A DNA stretch of 60,669 bases, the filler included, from Globobulimina sp. (lineage: Eukaryota): assembly GCA_003354225.1 (NCBI GenBank). It is 16 parts of 16 records of this genome, joined end to end, with 100 filler letters (N's around TTAATTAATTAA, not from the genome) between each part and the next. Parts side by side here need not be neighbours in the genome. Positions count along the whole stretch, not along the records: positions 45,590 to 49,284 come from PIVH01002251.1; positions 49,385 to 53,079 come from PIVH01002252.1; positions 53,180 to 56,874 come from PIVH01002253.1; positions 56,975 to 60,669 come from PIVH01002254.1; 12 more parts are not named here. One strand, given 5' to 3'. Below, one piece after another: positions 48,355 to 59,900 of the stretch (the stretch's first letter is position 1; every line of letters begins with the position of its first letter). Below the pieces are notes generated by a model. It had not been told where the DNA came from, ran no database searches, and was given only the letters and a program-made list of their open reading frames with translations. Made by a program: the position numbers and the translations under genes.

Positions 48355-49284
48355 TTACAACATTGATGTTCTTGTAATTTTATAATCCCATATTTCAGTT
48401 CTCATCGGTTGCCAACTAAAATTCGCACTATATCCTTGGTTCAATAAATTAATAATCTCTATTTCCTTTCCAGTCAATGTAAAATCAAATATATTTGCAT
48501 ATTTTTTAATTCTTTCGGACTTTGTTGATTGAAATATTGGCACATAACCCATTTGAATACTCCATCTTAACATAATTTGTGCCGAATTCTTACCATATTT
48601 ACTCGCAATATACGTCAAAACGGGATGATCAAAACAATTAATTTCCTCTTCAAATCCTCGGAATTTAAAATTTTTCCCTTTAAATAATGATGAATAGGCT
48701 TCAATTAAAATATTATATTTTTTACAATATGTCAATAGCTGCAAATCACGAGAAAATGGATGAAGATGTATTTGATTGACTGAGGGTGGCGGCAACCTAT
48801 ACACTTCGATCATTGTCTTTAAATGATTTATGCCAAAGTTGGACACTCCAACGGATCTAATTTTACCTTTTTCTTTTAATTCTAATAAAGTTAAATCTAT
48901 TTCCATTACGTCTTTGCCATCTTTTGTCAATGAATGTGGTGAATGCACTAAATATAAATCAATATAATCCGTTCCTAAATATTGCAATGCATTATTCACT
49001 GTTTCTAATGTTTCCTTACGACCAATTTTTTTTATGTCTGACCTAAAATGTGGAGACCATTGTGGACGTTTGTAACTTGTCCATATCTTTGAGGTGATGA
49101 ATAATTTGGTACGATCGATATTTAATTCTTTTATTGCGCGACCAATTGCAATCTCGGATTTGTAACTTTCTGCTGAATCGATATGAATATAGCCATTCTC
49201 GATTATGACTGTTTTTAAATATGATTTTATTGTTTGGTAATCTTTCTCTTTGATGTCGTGTACAGTGTTTGATGTGTATATTGC
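48355..49284 (-). CDS. Aldo-keto reductase, 5' truncated
   Basis: GYIHIDSAESY, LFITSKIW, YIDLYLVHSP (D/Y/K/H tetrad), GKIRSVGVSNF, AQIMLRWSIQ. Confidence 0.95.
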   Translation of the reverse strand, partial: AIYTSNTVHDIKEKDYQTIKSYLKTVIIENGYIHIDSAESYKSEIAIGRAIKELNIDRTKLFITSKIWTSYKRPQWSPHFRSDIKKIGRKETLETVNNALQYLGTDYIDLYLVHSPHSLTKDGKDVMEIDLTLLELKEKGKIRSVGVSNFGINHLKTMIEVYRLPPPSVNQIHLHPFSRDLQLLTYCKKYNILIEAYSSLFKGKNFKFRGFEEEINCFDHPVLTYIASKYGKNSAQIMLRWSIQMGYVPIFQSTKSERIKKYANIFDFTLTGKEIEIINLLNQGYSANFSWQPMRTEIWDYKITRTSML

Positions 49285-49384
49285 NNNNNNNNNNNNNNNN
49301 NNNNNNNNNNNNNNNNNNNNNNNNNNNNTTAATTAATTAANNNNNNNNNNNNNNNNNNNNNNNNNNNNNNNNNNNNNNNNNNNN

Positions 49385-49497
49385 GGGATAGCCGGACTTG
49401 TTCGAATGTGTGCGCAATATGGGATAGCCGGACTTGTTCGAATGTGTGCGCAATATGGGATAGGCTGACTTGTTCGAATGTGTGCACAATATGGGAT
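49385..49497. repeat. 36-bp tandem repeat, at least 3 copies, cut by the contig edge
   Basis: gggatagccggacttgttcgaatgtgtgcgcaatat x3, with no spacers. Confidence 0.95.
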
Positions 49498-49535
49498 GGT
49501 GAGAATTGTTTGTAATGCCACGCAAATTGAGATAG

Positions 49536-52500
49536 TCAGATTTGTTGTGCTATAATATGCCATATATTGAATAAAAAAAAAAGAGAAAAAAAACAAAACT
49601 TTATTCGACTTGTAATGGATTTTATTGTTTCTCTAATTGCATATTCCCCGAATTCATGAATTTCATCGATAGAATCAACATATATTAATCCATTGAATTG
49701 TTTCAATCCACTGCAAGTACCACATATCCATAGTTTACTTTCATTTTTTGTAAAATATTGAATATTGTCTTTAAATACACATTTTAAATGAATCTTAATA
49801 CCACAATTTGAGCAATCAAATGTTTCTTTTTCATTATCGAACATATCTAAACCCTCAATACATATTTTGTGAATATTTCTATTTCTTTTATTTGATAAGC
49901 ATCGTTTTGATAGTTGCAGAAATTTGTAATCATCTTTAATATTTGAACCATTTGTTTGTGTCATATTTGTTTGTGTCATATTTGTTTGTGCCATTTCGTA
50001 TTTTATTTGACATTAATGACATATCATTATGCATTTCATCCTTTTCTTCATCAGCTAATTCCTCATAAAATACATTCAAAATATTTCTATCTATTAACTT
50101 CATTAAATGTAATCCCAATTTAATTGATTCTTTTTTGTTTTTTAATAATATTTTATTACAGGAAACCATAATAGTTCCTATCATTTCTAAATATATTTTA
50201 TGATGCTCGCCTTCGTCGTATGTAATTAATAATGGATTCAAGCATTTATAGCGTTGAATACAATGAATAATCGCATTATACTGTTGGATAAATGCTGCAT
50301 TATTTATTTCAATTGAAAATACATTGTTTAATTTATTATTTATTACTTTCCGAATTATATCATTTATGATATTAATATTGTGATCATTTTTTAATAATAT
50401 TCTAACATCATTAATATCGTTTATATGCGTTAACCGTTCATCAAATATTAACCTATTTTCTTCATTATGTCGCAAATAATAAACGACTGATTCCAAGTAT
50501 TCATCACCACCAATTTGCATTGATTTACATATATTTTTAATATCGCACATAGTTTGATGTATTTTCTGTTTTTCATCACTGAATCCCGTATTAAATGCAA
50601 TTCCAACTAATATTAATTGAGATATAGTCGTTGCTTCCGGCGCAATTTCTTTTTTTATTGTTTTATCAGTCATAAATTCAGTGTAATATCCCATTGATAA
50701 TTGGCATCTGAATAATTTAATATGAATTAGATGCATTTTATTGTTGTACTCCGATAATAAATACGTTCCTGAGTTTGACCCTAATGATTGTCCAATTTTT
50801 TTGTAATTTTCACAAAATATATAATTATTTATATTATCATTTGTTTTCTTTATCAAATCCTTACTAAAAATAATATTATTTTCATTTAATAATTTGCCAA
50901 AACGACTGTTTCTATCATAACTATTTAATTCAAATGAGTCTAATTCAGATGTTGAGTGAAACATTGATCGCCAAGTATCATTATGCATTTCTTTATTCTT
51001 TAAATCGAAAATAAAACGATGCAAATCAATCCAATCATTGTCTGTAAATTCAGCTTTGTAATTTGTCGCAAATAACTGATCCACTGCAATTTGTAATAAA
51101 TATATTAGTTTATCTGCATTATTATTGATTGTTACTGCAGTATGTACACATTTTACCAGCCAGCTTCGCTCATATTCATTGAATCCATTTTTCGAATTTT
51201 TCGAAATCAATCCTGGCAAAAGATGTATTGTCATAACTGCCCCATCACATTGAATCGATGTACTTTTAAATGCCCATAATCTAATTTTATGTCGTAATCC
51301 TTTCGGATTATACTTTGTGTCCAAATCAAATGAATGCAATCCATCTTTAATAATATTATGCTCTCGAACCAATTCCAGATTACCTCCATTGAGCGGTGAA
51401 CGAATGGATTTTTTTTTTTAGTAAAATATTTATTAATATTTTTTTTCCGAATGTTTATATTCTGCATTCCATATTTTTTATTATGTTTGCCATTCTGTGC
51501 AATGAATCTAATAAAATTGTTATCCATTTTAATACCAATAAATATAATAAATTGAATTGGCGAAATTGAACGTTTGTGAACTTCCATAAATTGAATTTTA
51601 TGTAAATTTTCAATATAATTACTATGATTAAATATTAATCCTTGAATGATACGGCATGGCTTTGTATTACGTGCAAATCCATAATGTAACCGCACCCAAT
51701 AAGTATCCAAAAATAATCGTTTAATAATTTTCCCTACGGTTGGGTGTGCTGAATATTTCCAATATATTTTATTCATTTTCCTAATTCCTTCATCAAATGA
51801 TTCAACAATCAATAAATCTTTCATAGCTGAAATAAATTCATATTTTTCACATCTTTCCATACCATCAGCAATTTTCTCCGGTTGGCGGCCAGAATGAACG
51901 AAATCGTTTTCGAAAATTGAATCAATTTTATTCGATTTTAACCATTCCACTGCGAATTTTTGATGGAAATCCAATAATTTTTCATTAACTGCATCATTTT
52001 CATAAAAAAAGTTAATAATTCCACTGTCTTTAACTAAATCCAACCAATCGTCGTGTAAATGTAATGACAGTGCAACGGACCAACCAGCTCTTATCTTTGA
52101 GCATAAATCAGAGCAACATAATAATGTCTTTGCTATTCTTCTCAAATCAGGTATCTTTTGTGATAAATATTGAATGATAAATCCAAAATTGATACAATGC
52201 GAAATCATGTTTTCTTGGGGTGATACCAATAGATATTGAATTGGCAAAACCACATTGAAAGCTTCCAATAATGCCATACTATCAATAACCTGATAATTAT
52301 GCTTCGCAGCAATTTGAAATGTCGTATCTACGACAGAATAAAATTTCACAATTTGCTTTGCTAATTGTGGATATTTGCGGAGTAAAGCTGTTGCTGCCTT
52401 TGGTTCCTGCCAATCATAAACGTTTTTATTTGCGAATGAATCTACCATTGTGGCTATCGTATCTTTATTCTATTTATATATATATATATTATATTGTATA

Positions 52501-52897
52501 TACAAAAACAAACAAACAAACAAACAAAATATGATAGCTAACCGTTACGACGACCACCGTTTGTTTATTATGGATCTCTGCGTAAACAACACGGTCTTTT
52601 AATCCCTCAGGAATTCCATCACGAAACATCTTGAAACCGCTTTCTGTTTTGCATCCCATCGATCGAAATTTATTTTGTCTTTAATATATTTTTATATGTT
52701 TTAAAATTTGTATTTGTGCTACATATTAACATATAATACCGTTGTGTTGTCATGAAACTTTTTATTCTATCTGGCGATCGATAATATGGATCCAGTTCGC
52801 CAGCAAGAACCTCTTCTTTATGCCTTGGATGAGGATATGTTGCGTTTGATACTTGTTTCGGCCGCTCATATGTGAATGGATCCGTATTCCTCGACAT
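49536..52897 (-). mobile_element. Mutator-like (MULE) DDE transposase gene with SWIM-like and PHD fingers; introns 52679-52739 and 52470-52542; frame breaks at about 51409-51419 and about 49940-50010
   Basis: VVDTTF (first D), CCSD (second D), LLDFHQKFAV (CxxH-equivalent) and HSNYIENLH (E), in MULE order and spacing. Then QCDG..KCVHTA, and CSNCGIKIHLKC..WICGTC. Confidence 0.75.
49950..49994. repeat. 15-bp tandem repeat x3 in the overlap between the last two transposase frames
   Basis: atttgtttgtgtcat x2 followed by atttgtttgtgccat. Confidence 0.9.
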
Positions 52898-52974
52898 CTG
52901 TATATAAAATATTATTTATTATGTGTGTTTTTTTTTGTTTAAGTTATAATTTTTGAAATGAGTGTGTGAGACCG

Positions 52975-53079
52975 GCAATTTGCGGACTTATTTTGGATGT
53001 GTTTGTGTGTGCAATTTGCGGACTTGATATTGGATGTGTTTGTGTGTGCAATTTGCGGACATGATATTGGATGTGTTTG
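52975..53079. repeat. 36-37 bp tandem repeat, about 3 copies, cut by the contig edge
   Basis: gcaatttgcggacttgatattggatgtgtttgtgtgt and variants. Confidence 0.95.
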
Positions 53080-53245
53080 NNNNNNNNNNNNNNNNNNNNN
53101 NNNNNNNNNNNNNNNNNNNNNNNTTAATTAATTAANNNNNNNNNNNNNNNNNNNNNNNNNNNNNNNNNNNNNNNNNNNNCTAAGTTGAAATTTTGTATTA
53201 TATTTCAAAAACTAAGTATATTTCGAAAACCAAGATAATACAACC

Positions 53246-55727
53246 ATGGCATCTGAGGCAGCAAATGTTGATTCAATCCCATGTGAGATTTGTCAACAGT
53301 ATTTCCCATTTGACCAATACCAAATGCACGTTACAAGCCACAATAACAATAACAACAACAAGAATAATAATAACAACAATGCACCAATGTCACAGCTAAT
53401 TCCATGTGAATATGCATCATGTAATCAACAAATACCAACCAATGAATATGAATCTCATTTACTTTTACATACATTATCTCTCAATAATAACAACAATAAC
53501 AACAACAGCAATGTCAATAACAATAATAACAATATAAAAGCTGAAACAATTTACGTTGAATGTACTGAACCGGATTGCAATCAACAAATTCCTATAAATG
53601 AATTCGACTCTCATCTATTTACACATAAATTTGCACAGCAATTGGCACCTAATAAAGATAACGAGAATAGCGACAAAGTTAACAATAACCAGAAGAATGA
53701 TAGCGATGACATAGTGGTACCATGCGATTATCCATCATGTAATGTTAAAATATCATTAAAAGACTGGGAATCTCATCTATTATCACACTCAAACATTAAC
53801 AATCAAGAAAATGAAGAGTTCATAGAATGTGACCATGCAAACTGTGCTCAAAAAATACCAGTCCAACAATATGATGAACATCAATCATCACATAATTATA
53901 ACAAATCAGAGCAAAAAGATGAAGTAATTGAGGAAAAAAAAGAGGAACATAAATTGGAACAAAATGACGAGAAAAACATTAATATTGATGTTGAATTGAA
54001 AGAAAACATTGATATTACACAGTTTTTATGTATTAAATGTCAACAAATCCAGGGACATAATATCCGTTGTTCATTAGCACATAAATTATGCATTAAATGT
54101 GCAACAAAATATATTTCAGATGGTATTGAGTCAAATAAATGGAAAACTCAATTAATAAAATGTCCAGCAAACAATTGTAAAGATGGTGTGTTACCGTCGT
54201 GGTTAATAAATGATTGCAATTTGTCAAAAAAGCAAATGTCAAAACTAGATACGATGCAAAATGAATATATAAAATTTATGGATCCGACGATAACTTCGTG
54301 TCCCAAATGCAACGAAACATATTCCACAGAAGTCGGTGATCTGCAAAATGATAATAAAGAGGAATTAGCTCCAAATGGCAAAGTATTATCAATGAAACAT
54401 AAAAAACATAAAACAAAATACAGATTCAGATGTTCAAAAGTTGAATATACTTTTATTAAAACTCAAGTTTTTAAATGTATCCACAACCAATCAGTAATAT
54501 TTATTGTAACAAATATAAATATTAGTGATTGGTTATCAATGCAGTCACTTTTCACAAATTTATAATTTCTATGTCGAATAATAAAAAAGGGTGGCTGTAA
54601 AACTATATTCTGCAGCGGATGCAAAGCAATTCCATATCATATTGGATTTAGTTGTGACGAATTTAAACAATATATTGTTGCAAAGAAATGTCGTTTTTGT
54701 GAGGTTGAATTGAATGATAAGAATATTGTTCAAAAAGGATGGTTTGAACTATATAAACCAGGATTAGATGATGTGTGTAATTCCAGTCAATGTACAGAAA
54801 AAAGAAAGATTTGCTGCGATTTGGTGTACGCTAAATGTGGTCATAATTGTATTGGAATGCGCGGTTATGAATGTTTTGATTGTTTGAATGTGGATTGTTT
54901 GCCTAAAAACGCAGCTGTTACACAAGAGGAATATTGTAATATTTGTTGGGTGGATCCGCTCAAAGCATCACCATGTATCAGATTGCAATGTAATCATTAC
55001 TTTCACTTTGAATGTTTACAGCAAAAAATTGATAAAAAATGGGCAGCAGCGAGGATCACATTTAATTTTCTAAATTGTCCCTTATGTAAAAGCAGAATGA
55101 GCCATCCCTCACTGCAAAATATAAGGTATTTATTATAAATGATAGTAAGTGTTTGACTGTTTGGCCATACATAATTATAATTTATAATACAGTCAACATT
55201 TAAAATTAGAAAAGGAAATCCAGAAAGATGCAGTGAACAGAGTAAGAATTGAAGGGTTGCAAAATGATAAAAGGTTAAAAGATAAGAATAGCAGATATTA
55301 TAATGATATAAATAAATATGCAATGGATCGGTTGGCATTTTACTTATGTTTTAAATGTAAGAAGGCATATTTTGGCGGAATGAAAGCATGCGAAGAAGCG
55401 GGGAGAGAGGAAGAAGAGAAATACGATGAGAATCATTTGATTTGCGGTGTGTGCGCTTGTGGCGACAACAGACAAACGTGCAATGTGCATGGAACGGAAT
55501 ATATTTCATGGAAATGTAAGTATTGTTGTGCTCTCGCAATATGGTTCTGTTGGGGCAATACGCATTTTTGTGATCCATGTCATAGGAAAGCGTATCAATT
55601 AAAAAAAGCAAATATTAGTACAATACCGAAATGTAAAGGAAAAGATAAATGTCCGCTTGGCGTTCAACATCCTGCAAATGGCACTAAAGATTATTGTTTA
55701 GGTTGTGTTGTTTGTCTCAGGAAATAG
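53246..55727 (+). CDS. E3 ubiquitin ligase with N-terminal C2H2 fingers, RING-IBR-like module and MYCBP2/Highwire-type RING + tandem-cysteine domain; introns 54440-54589 and 55126-55192
   Basis: CNICWVDPL..PCIRLQCNHYFHFEC..W...RITFNFLNCPLCK, YAMDRLAFYLCFKCKKAYFGG..C, HG..YISWKCKYCC..WFCWGNTHFC..CH, CPLGVQHPANG..CLGC. Confidence 0.92.
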
Positions 55728-55862
55728 ACATAGATCGATAATTCAATTATGTACACGTACCTATTTTCTTGCTCGAATCATATATAGGGAAAGGTAATCT
55801 TTTTGAGACTTTAACCAGTCCAGGATTAACTTACTCCAATCAAAACACAAAGACTAACAGCA

Positions 55863-56263
55863 ATGGCAATGGAAGCAAATGATGATAATGATAAAGAATG
55901 GATCATATCGTATTTGACGGACGCATTAAAAACTGAAAAACATTATAAAGTATCCAATAAAATGATGGATGAAATCATTGATGAATGGTTACATGATTCT
56001 GAAGTTAACAGCAAACAAAAATTATTGGCATGTTCATTTTCGACTATCAGGTAAGATATTTTTTGTAGATTTGATAATTTATAGTTTTTTACATTATACA
56101 AATAATACACAGTGGGCTTATTTTGGATGCTTTTGGATTGGCAGCCAGCGTGAAGGAGAAAACACATTGGGTCCATACCCTCTCGGAAGTCATTGAAAAA
56201 ACAAATGAAGAAATGAAAGATATCAAAAAACAGCATGGTTTCATACCCTTTCGCAAGAAATAG
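55863..56263 (+). CDS. Small hypothetical protein (112 aa); intron 56051-56112
   Basis: A canonical GTAAGA..CAG intron joins two exons in frame, ending at TAG 56261-56263. Confidence 0.7.
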
Positions 56264-56469
56264 CGAATCCATGACAATTAATTAATAATTTTAACATTAC
56301 ATAAGCGTGCAAATCTGTATCTTTTCTTCTGAAATCAATCCGTTGCTAACTGTTTCTATGTGAACATTTTGATTATTAATAATACAGCAGATACGCTCCG
56401 ACGTTAACTGTTTTCATTTTCCAACTCGCAGTTTTTTATCTTCACAATTAATCGTCATCATCATCGACA

Positions 56470-56874
56470 ATGTCTTTTTTCAGAACCAAAAAAGCAAGAC
56501 ACAAACTCGCCGCAGCTGCTATTATAACCCCAACTGAAATGCGCCGTTGTTTCTCATCGCCATCACCCAAATATGAGACAGCCACACCGCATACTCTTAC
56601 CAACAAACAAAACGCCAAAAGACTATCCTACTTCCAACATTTAATTGAAATAACATTAATATTAAACAAATCCACCGCTCTTAAACAACGATTAGAATGT
56701 GAATTGCAAACAGAATTAATATTTGGTTGGGACATATCGCAATCAATCGATGGCACAGTTTATAGATTAAAACCAATCTCCAATTCAGAATCGACCATCA
56801 TTGTAATTGAGAATTTAAATGAAGTTTTATTGTTCTCCTTTGATAAATTCTTAGATTTAAGTTACAAACCAAAT
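56470..56874 (+). CDS. Hypothetical protein, 3' truncated
   Basis: ATG-initiated ORF open to the contig end. Confidence 0.55.
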
Positions 56875-56976
56875 NNNNNNNNNNNNNNNNNNNNNNNNNN
56901 NNNNNNNNNNNNNNNNNNTTAATTAATTAANNNNNNNNNNNNNNNNNNNNNNNNNNNNNNNNNNNNNNNNNNNNTA

Positions 56977-59900
56977 TCAAGTTGTTTGTCATTGGTGTTT
57001 TTGTTATTAGCGAGTTGTTATGTTGCAATTGGTGTGAACGCAGATACAATCAAACACAGAAGTCATTTTTTTCATGGCACTTCGCATTCATATAAACATG
57101 GTGATTTAGGCAGTTTTGGCACGAAACCCAAAATACATTTACATCCATATAAAATTGCATTAGCTGACCAATTTATTAGCAAATATGAGTATGAATTGGA
57201 ATTTAAAGGTAATATCGCTATGATACAATTAGATCATGAGACATTTAGTAACAATATCAAATATATTGAATGCTTTGATGCAGAAATGAAAGATATCGAG
57301 ATCTGTTTCAACAGTTTTCTGATGCTCTCAGAATTTGTACGTGATTTAAAAATTGAAAACAAAGCGTCAAACAACAGCTTTGTCATTGCTTCATCAGATC
57401 AAAATCAATGGAGAAATTGCTATGAAAATATCAAAGAAATATCCTTATTACGGATGCTTGATTTAAACCATTGTTTGTCTGATTATAACAGCCATTGTCT
57501 TCAATGCACGGGTATTAAAACAGTGAATCATGACAATATAATACAAAATGGATATATTACATTCCATACCAACTTAACAAAGCAACGTAACCAACCTGAA
57601 GATACTATTCCTGTTCAAATACCCCATCATAACCCCGGACGAAACTTATTGCAATCGACTATTACCTATCAATTAAGTGTGGAAACCTGTGCCTACGGAG
57701 CTACGGAGGATAAAATTTGGATAATAGTCGAAGGCGATGCTGGTGTAACCTCACCTGTCAACAGTTTAGGATATATGACAAGCTCTGGGTCTGTTTATAG
57801 CTTATCGTGGGAGGGTATCGATGTCGGCACCATACGAAAGATGTATTTTGTAAATTATGGTAGTGATGATTTCAAAGTGTATAACATAGAAATTAATGGT
57901 GTGACAGCAGGCGTTGGCTGGGCGTGGGCGTTTTGCGCAACTGCTACATACAGTGGCTCGTCAGCTGATGGCTGTGGTGTTGCCACCATTGATTTCGGTT
58001 TGGACGATTATGATAACACACAAGAATCACCAGTATGTATTACGCGAGCTCCTGATGTCAAAACGCCAACACCTATATATGTACAAACACCTGCTCCTAT
58101 AAACCCATCTGGGCGGACCTATAGCATTGTTATTCAAGTTGTGTATGGTTTTGCTACACTTGGCTCAGAGGACGTGATTAGTTTCATTATAATTGGCGAG
58201 TCCGGCACCACATCGACATTTACAGCTACTTTACCCACCGTTGCCTCACATACTATTACTCATTTTGACGAAGTCGATGTCGGAATTATCACAAATATAC
58301 ATATGGTGATGTTTGGTGCGGATGATGTGTGTTTTGATAGATTGGAGATTGATGGTACATATGTTCAGGATTCAACGTGCTTGTTATGTAGCTCTCATTG
58401 TATTGGTTATAATTCATGGCAGGAGTCCGGGTGCAATGTGATAGACATTGACTTTGTCGCAGGCCAAGTATATGACAGTGAAGAAATACCGTGCAGCACA
58501 TTGACGGCGAGTGGTAATATCATACAAGATTCGTGGGTTGTGAATGGATTATTGGATGTATTAGAAAGTGTGGTCGGAGGAGACAAAACAGGGCAAACTA
58601 GCTACACCGGAACTGAACAGATAACAAAATCATTGACATCAATCGATAGAACATTCACGTTGCAATTTGATCAACTTCCAAGTGTTACCATTGATGGCAA
58701 TATTTCAGTTGACAGCAATCTAAGATTAGAATTAGAATTTGTAGAGGGGGCAGTGACCAGTTACTTTGTGGGGTTATCGTATGATGCTGGAATAGAATTA
58801 ATTATGTCGTTAATTGTAGACACAGAAGTGGCAAATATTGATAAATCATTATTCAGCACAGAATTTCCAACGTTTGGTATAGATGTAGGATTCTTTAGTT
58901 TTGGTATATTTGTTGGGATGGACTTGCATGGCAGTTTAAGTGCGCAGGTGAATGCCAATTATGTGTGTACATTTTCATACAATGTATTTGGTGATATTGG
59001 GTTACAATTGACAGCACAAAATGGCTGGGTGCCATCGTCCGCAATAAATAAAGATTTTCAGTTTGAGTGTTCATCTTTGAGTGCTTCGGCAGCTGCGACA
59101 ATATCTGTGTATCCCATATTTTTTGTGCGGGTTGACTACGTATTGGATAATAAAAATATAATTGTTGCAACAGCAAAACCTTTTGTTGAGGCCTCAGTCG
59201 AATTCGATTCAAATGCAACCGATGGATGTTATCTTGGTATCTCTGCCAATTTTGGAATGCAAATTGTGGTCACCTCACAGATTGTGGATAATTCGTGGAC
59301 ATTATTCAATGATAAATGGCCTGTATTTAGTGGCTGTTTAGACCATCTATTAACAATTAGCATAGCTGAACTTCGATCCATTGCACAAAACGCGATCTTA
59401 TATATTGCAAACGGTCAGAATTTGTGTTCAACCTCTTACTCCACAACAAATCGTAAAAATAGTATGGTATCATTAGCCAATATATGCTCGCAAAGTGATT
59501 TGGAATCACGAAATGATGAGACTAATAATACTAAAACCTCGCATATGTTTGGTGTGGTTAATACTGTATGGAATGGCCGACTTTATCCATTGTCAACTTT
59601 TACTGCCACTGATCCGCAAACGCAAGCATTAAAAAAACTTAATTATGAAACCTATCAAACAGTGAGCATCAATGAAGAAGCTAATTCCGTGGATATCGCA
59701 GTATTATATAAAACCGTTATTGCTGATTATGGTTCGAGTGGACTTCCGCTCACTTGTTTTTATACGTTATTACAAACCGTAAATGACACATCATTAAAAA
59801 CTGGCATATCGGAGGGTATCGTAGATAGAGAATGTATTCATGGTCAAAATGTAACATCTGACGAAAGTTACGGCGGTATTTATTGGTGGGTTTATAATTT

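Noticed and set aside
49385..49497. 36-bp repeats as a CRISPR array
   Set aside because: Units are head-to-tail with no unique spacers, no cas genes are present, and the context is eukaryotic with introns.
53340..53535. AAT/AAC microsatellites
   Set aside because: They are in-frame poly-Asn linkers, ordinary for AT-rich protist proteins.
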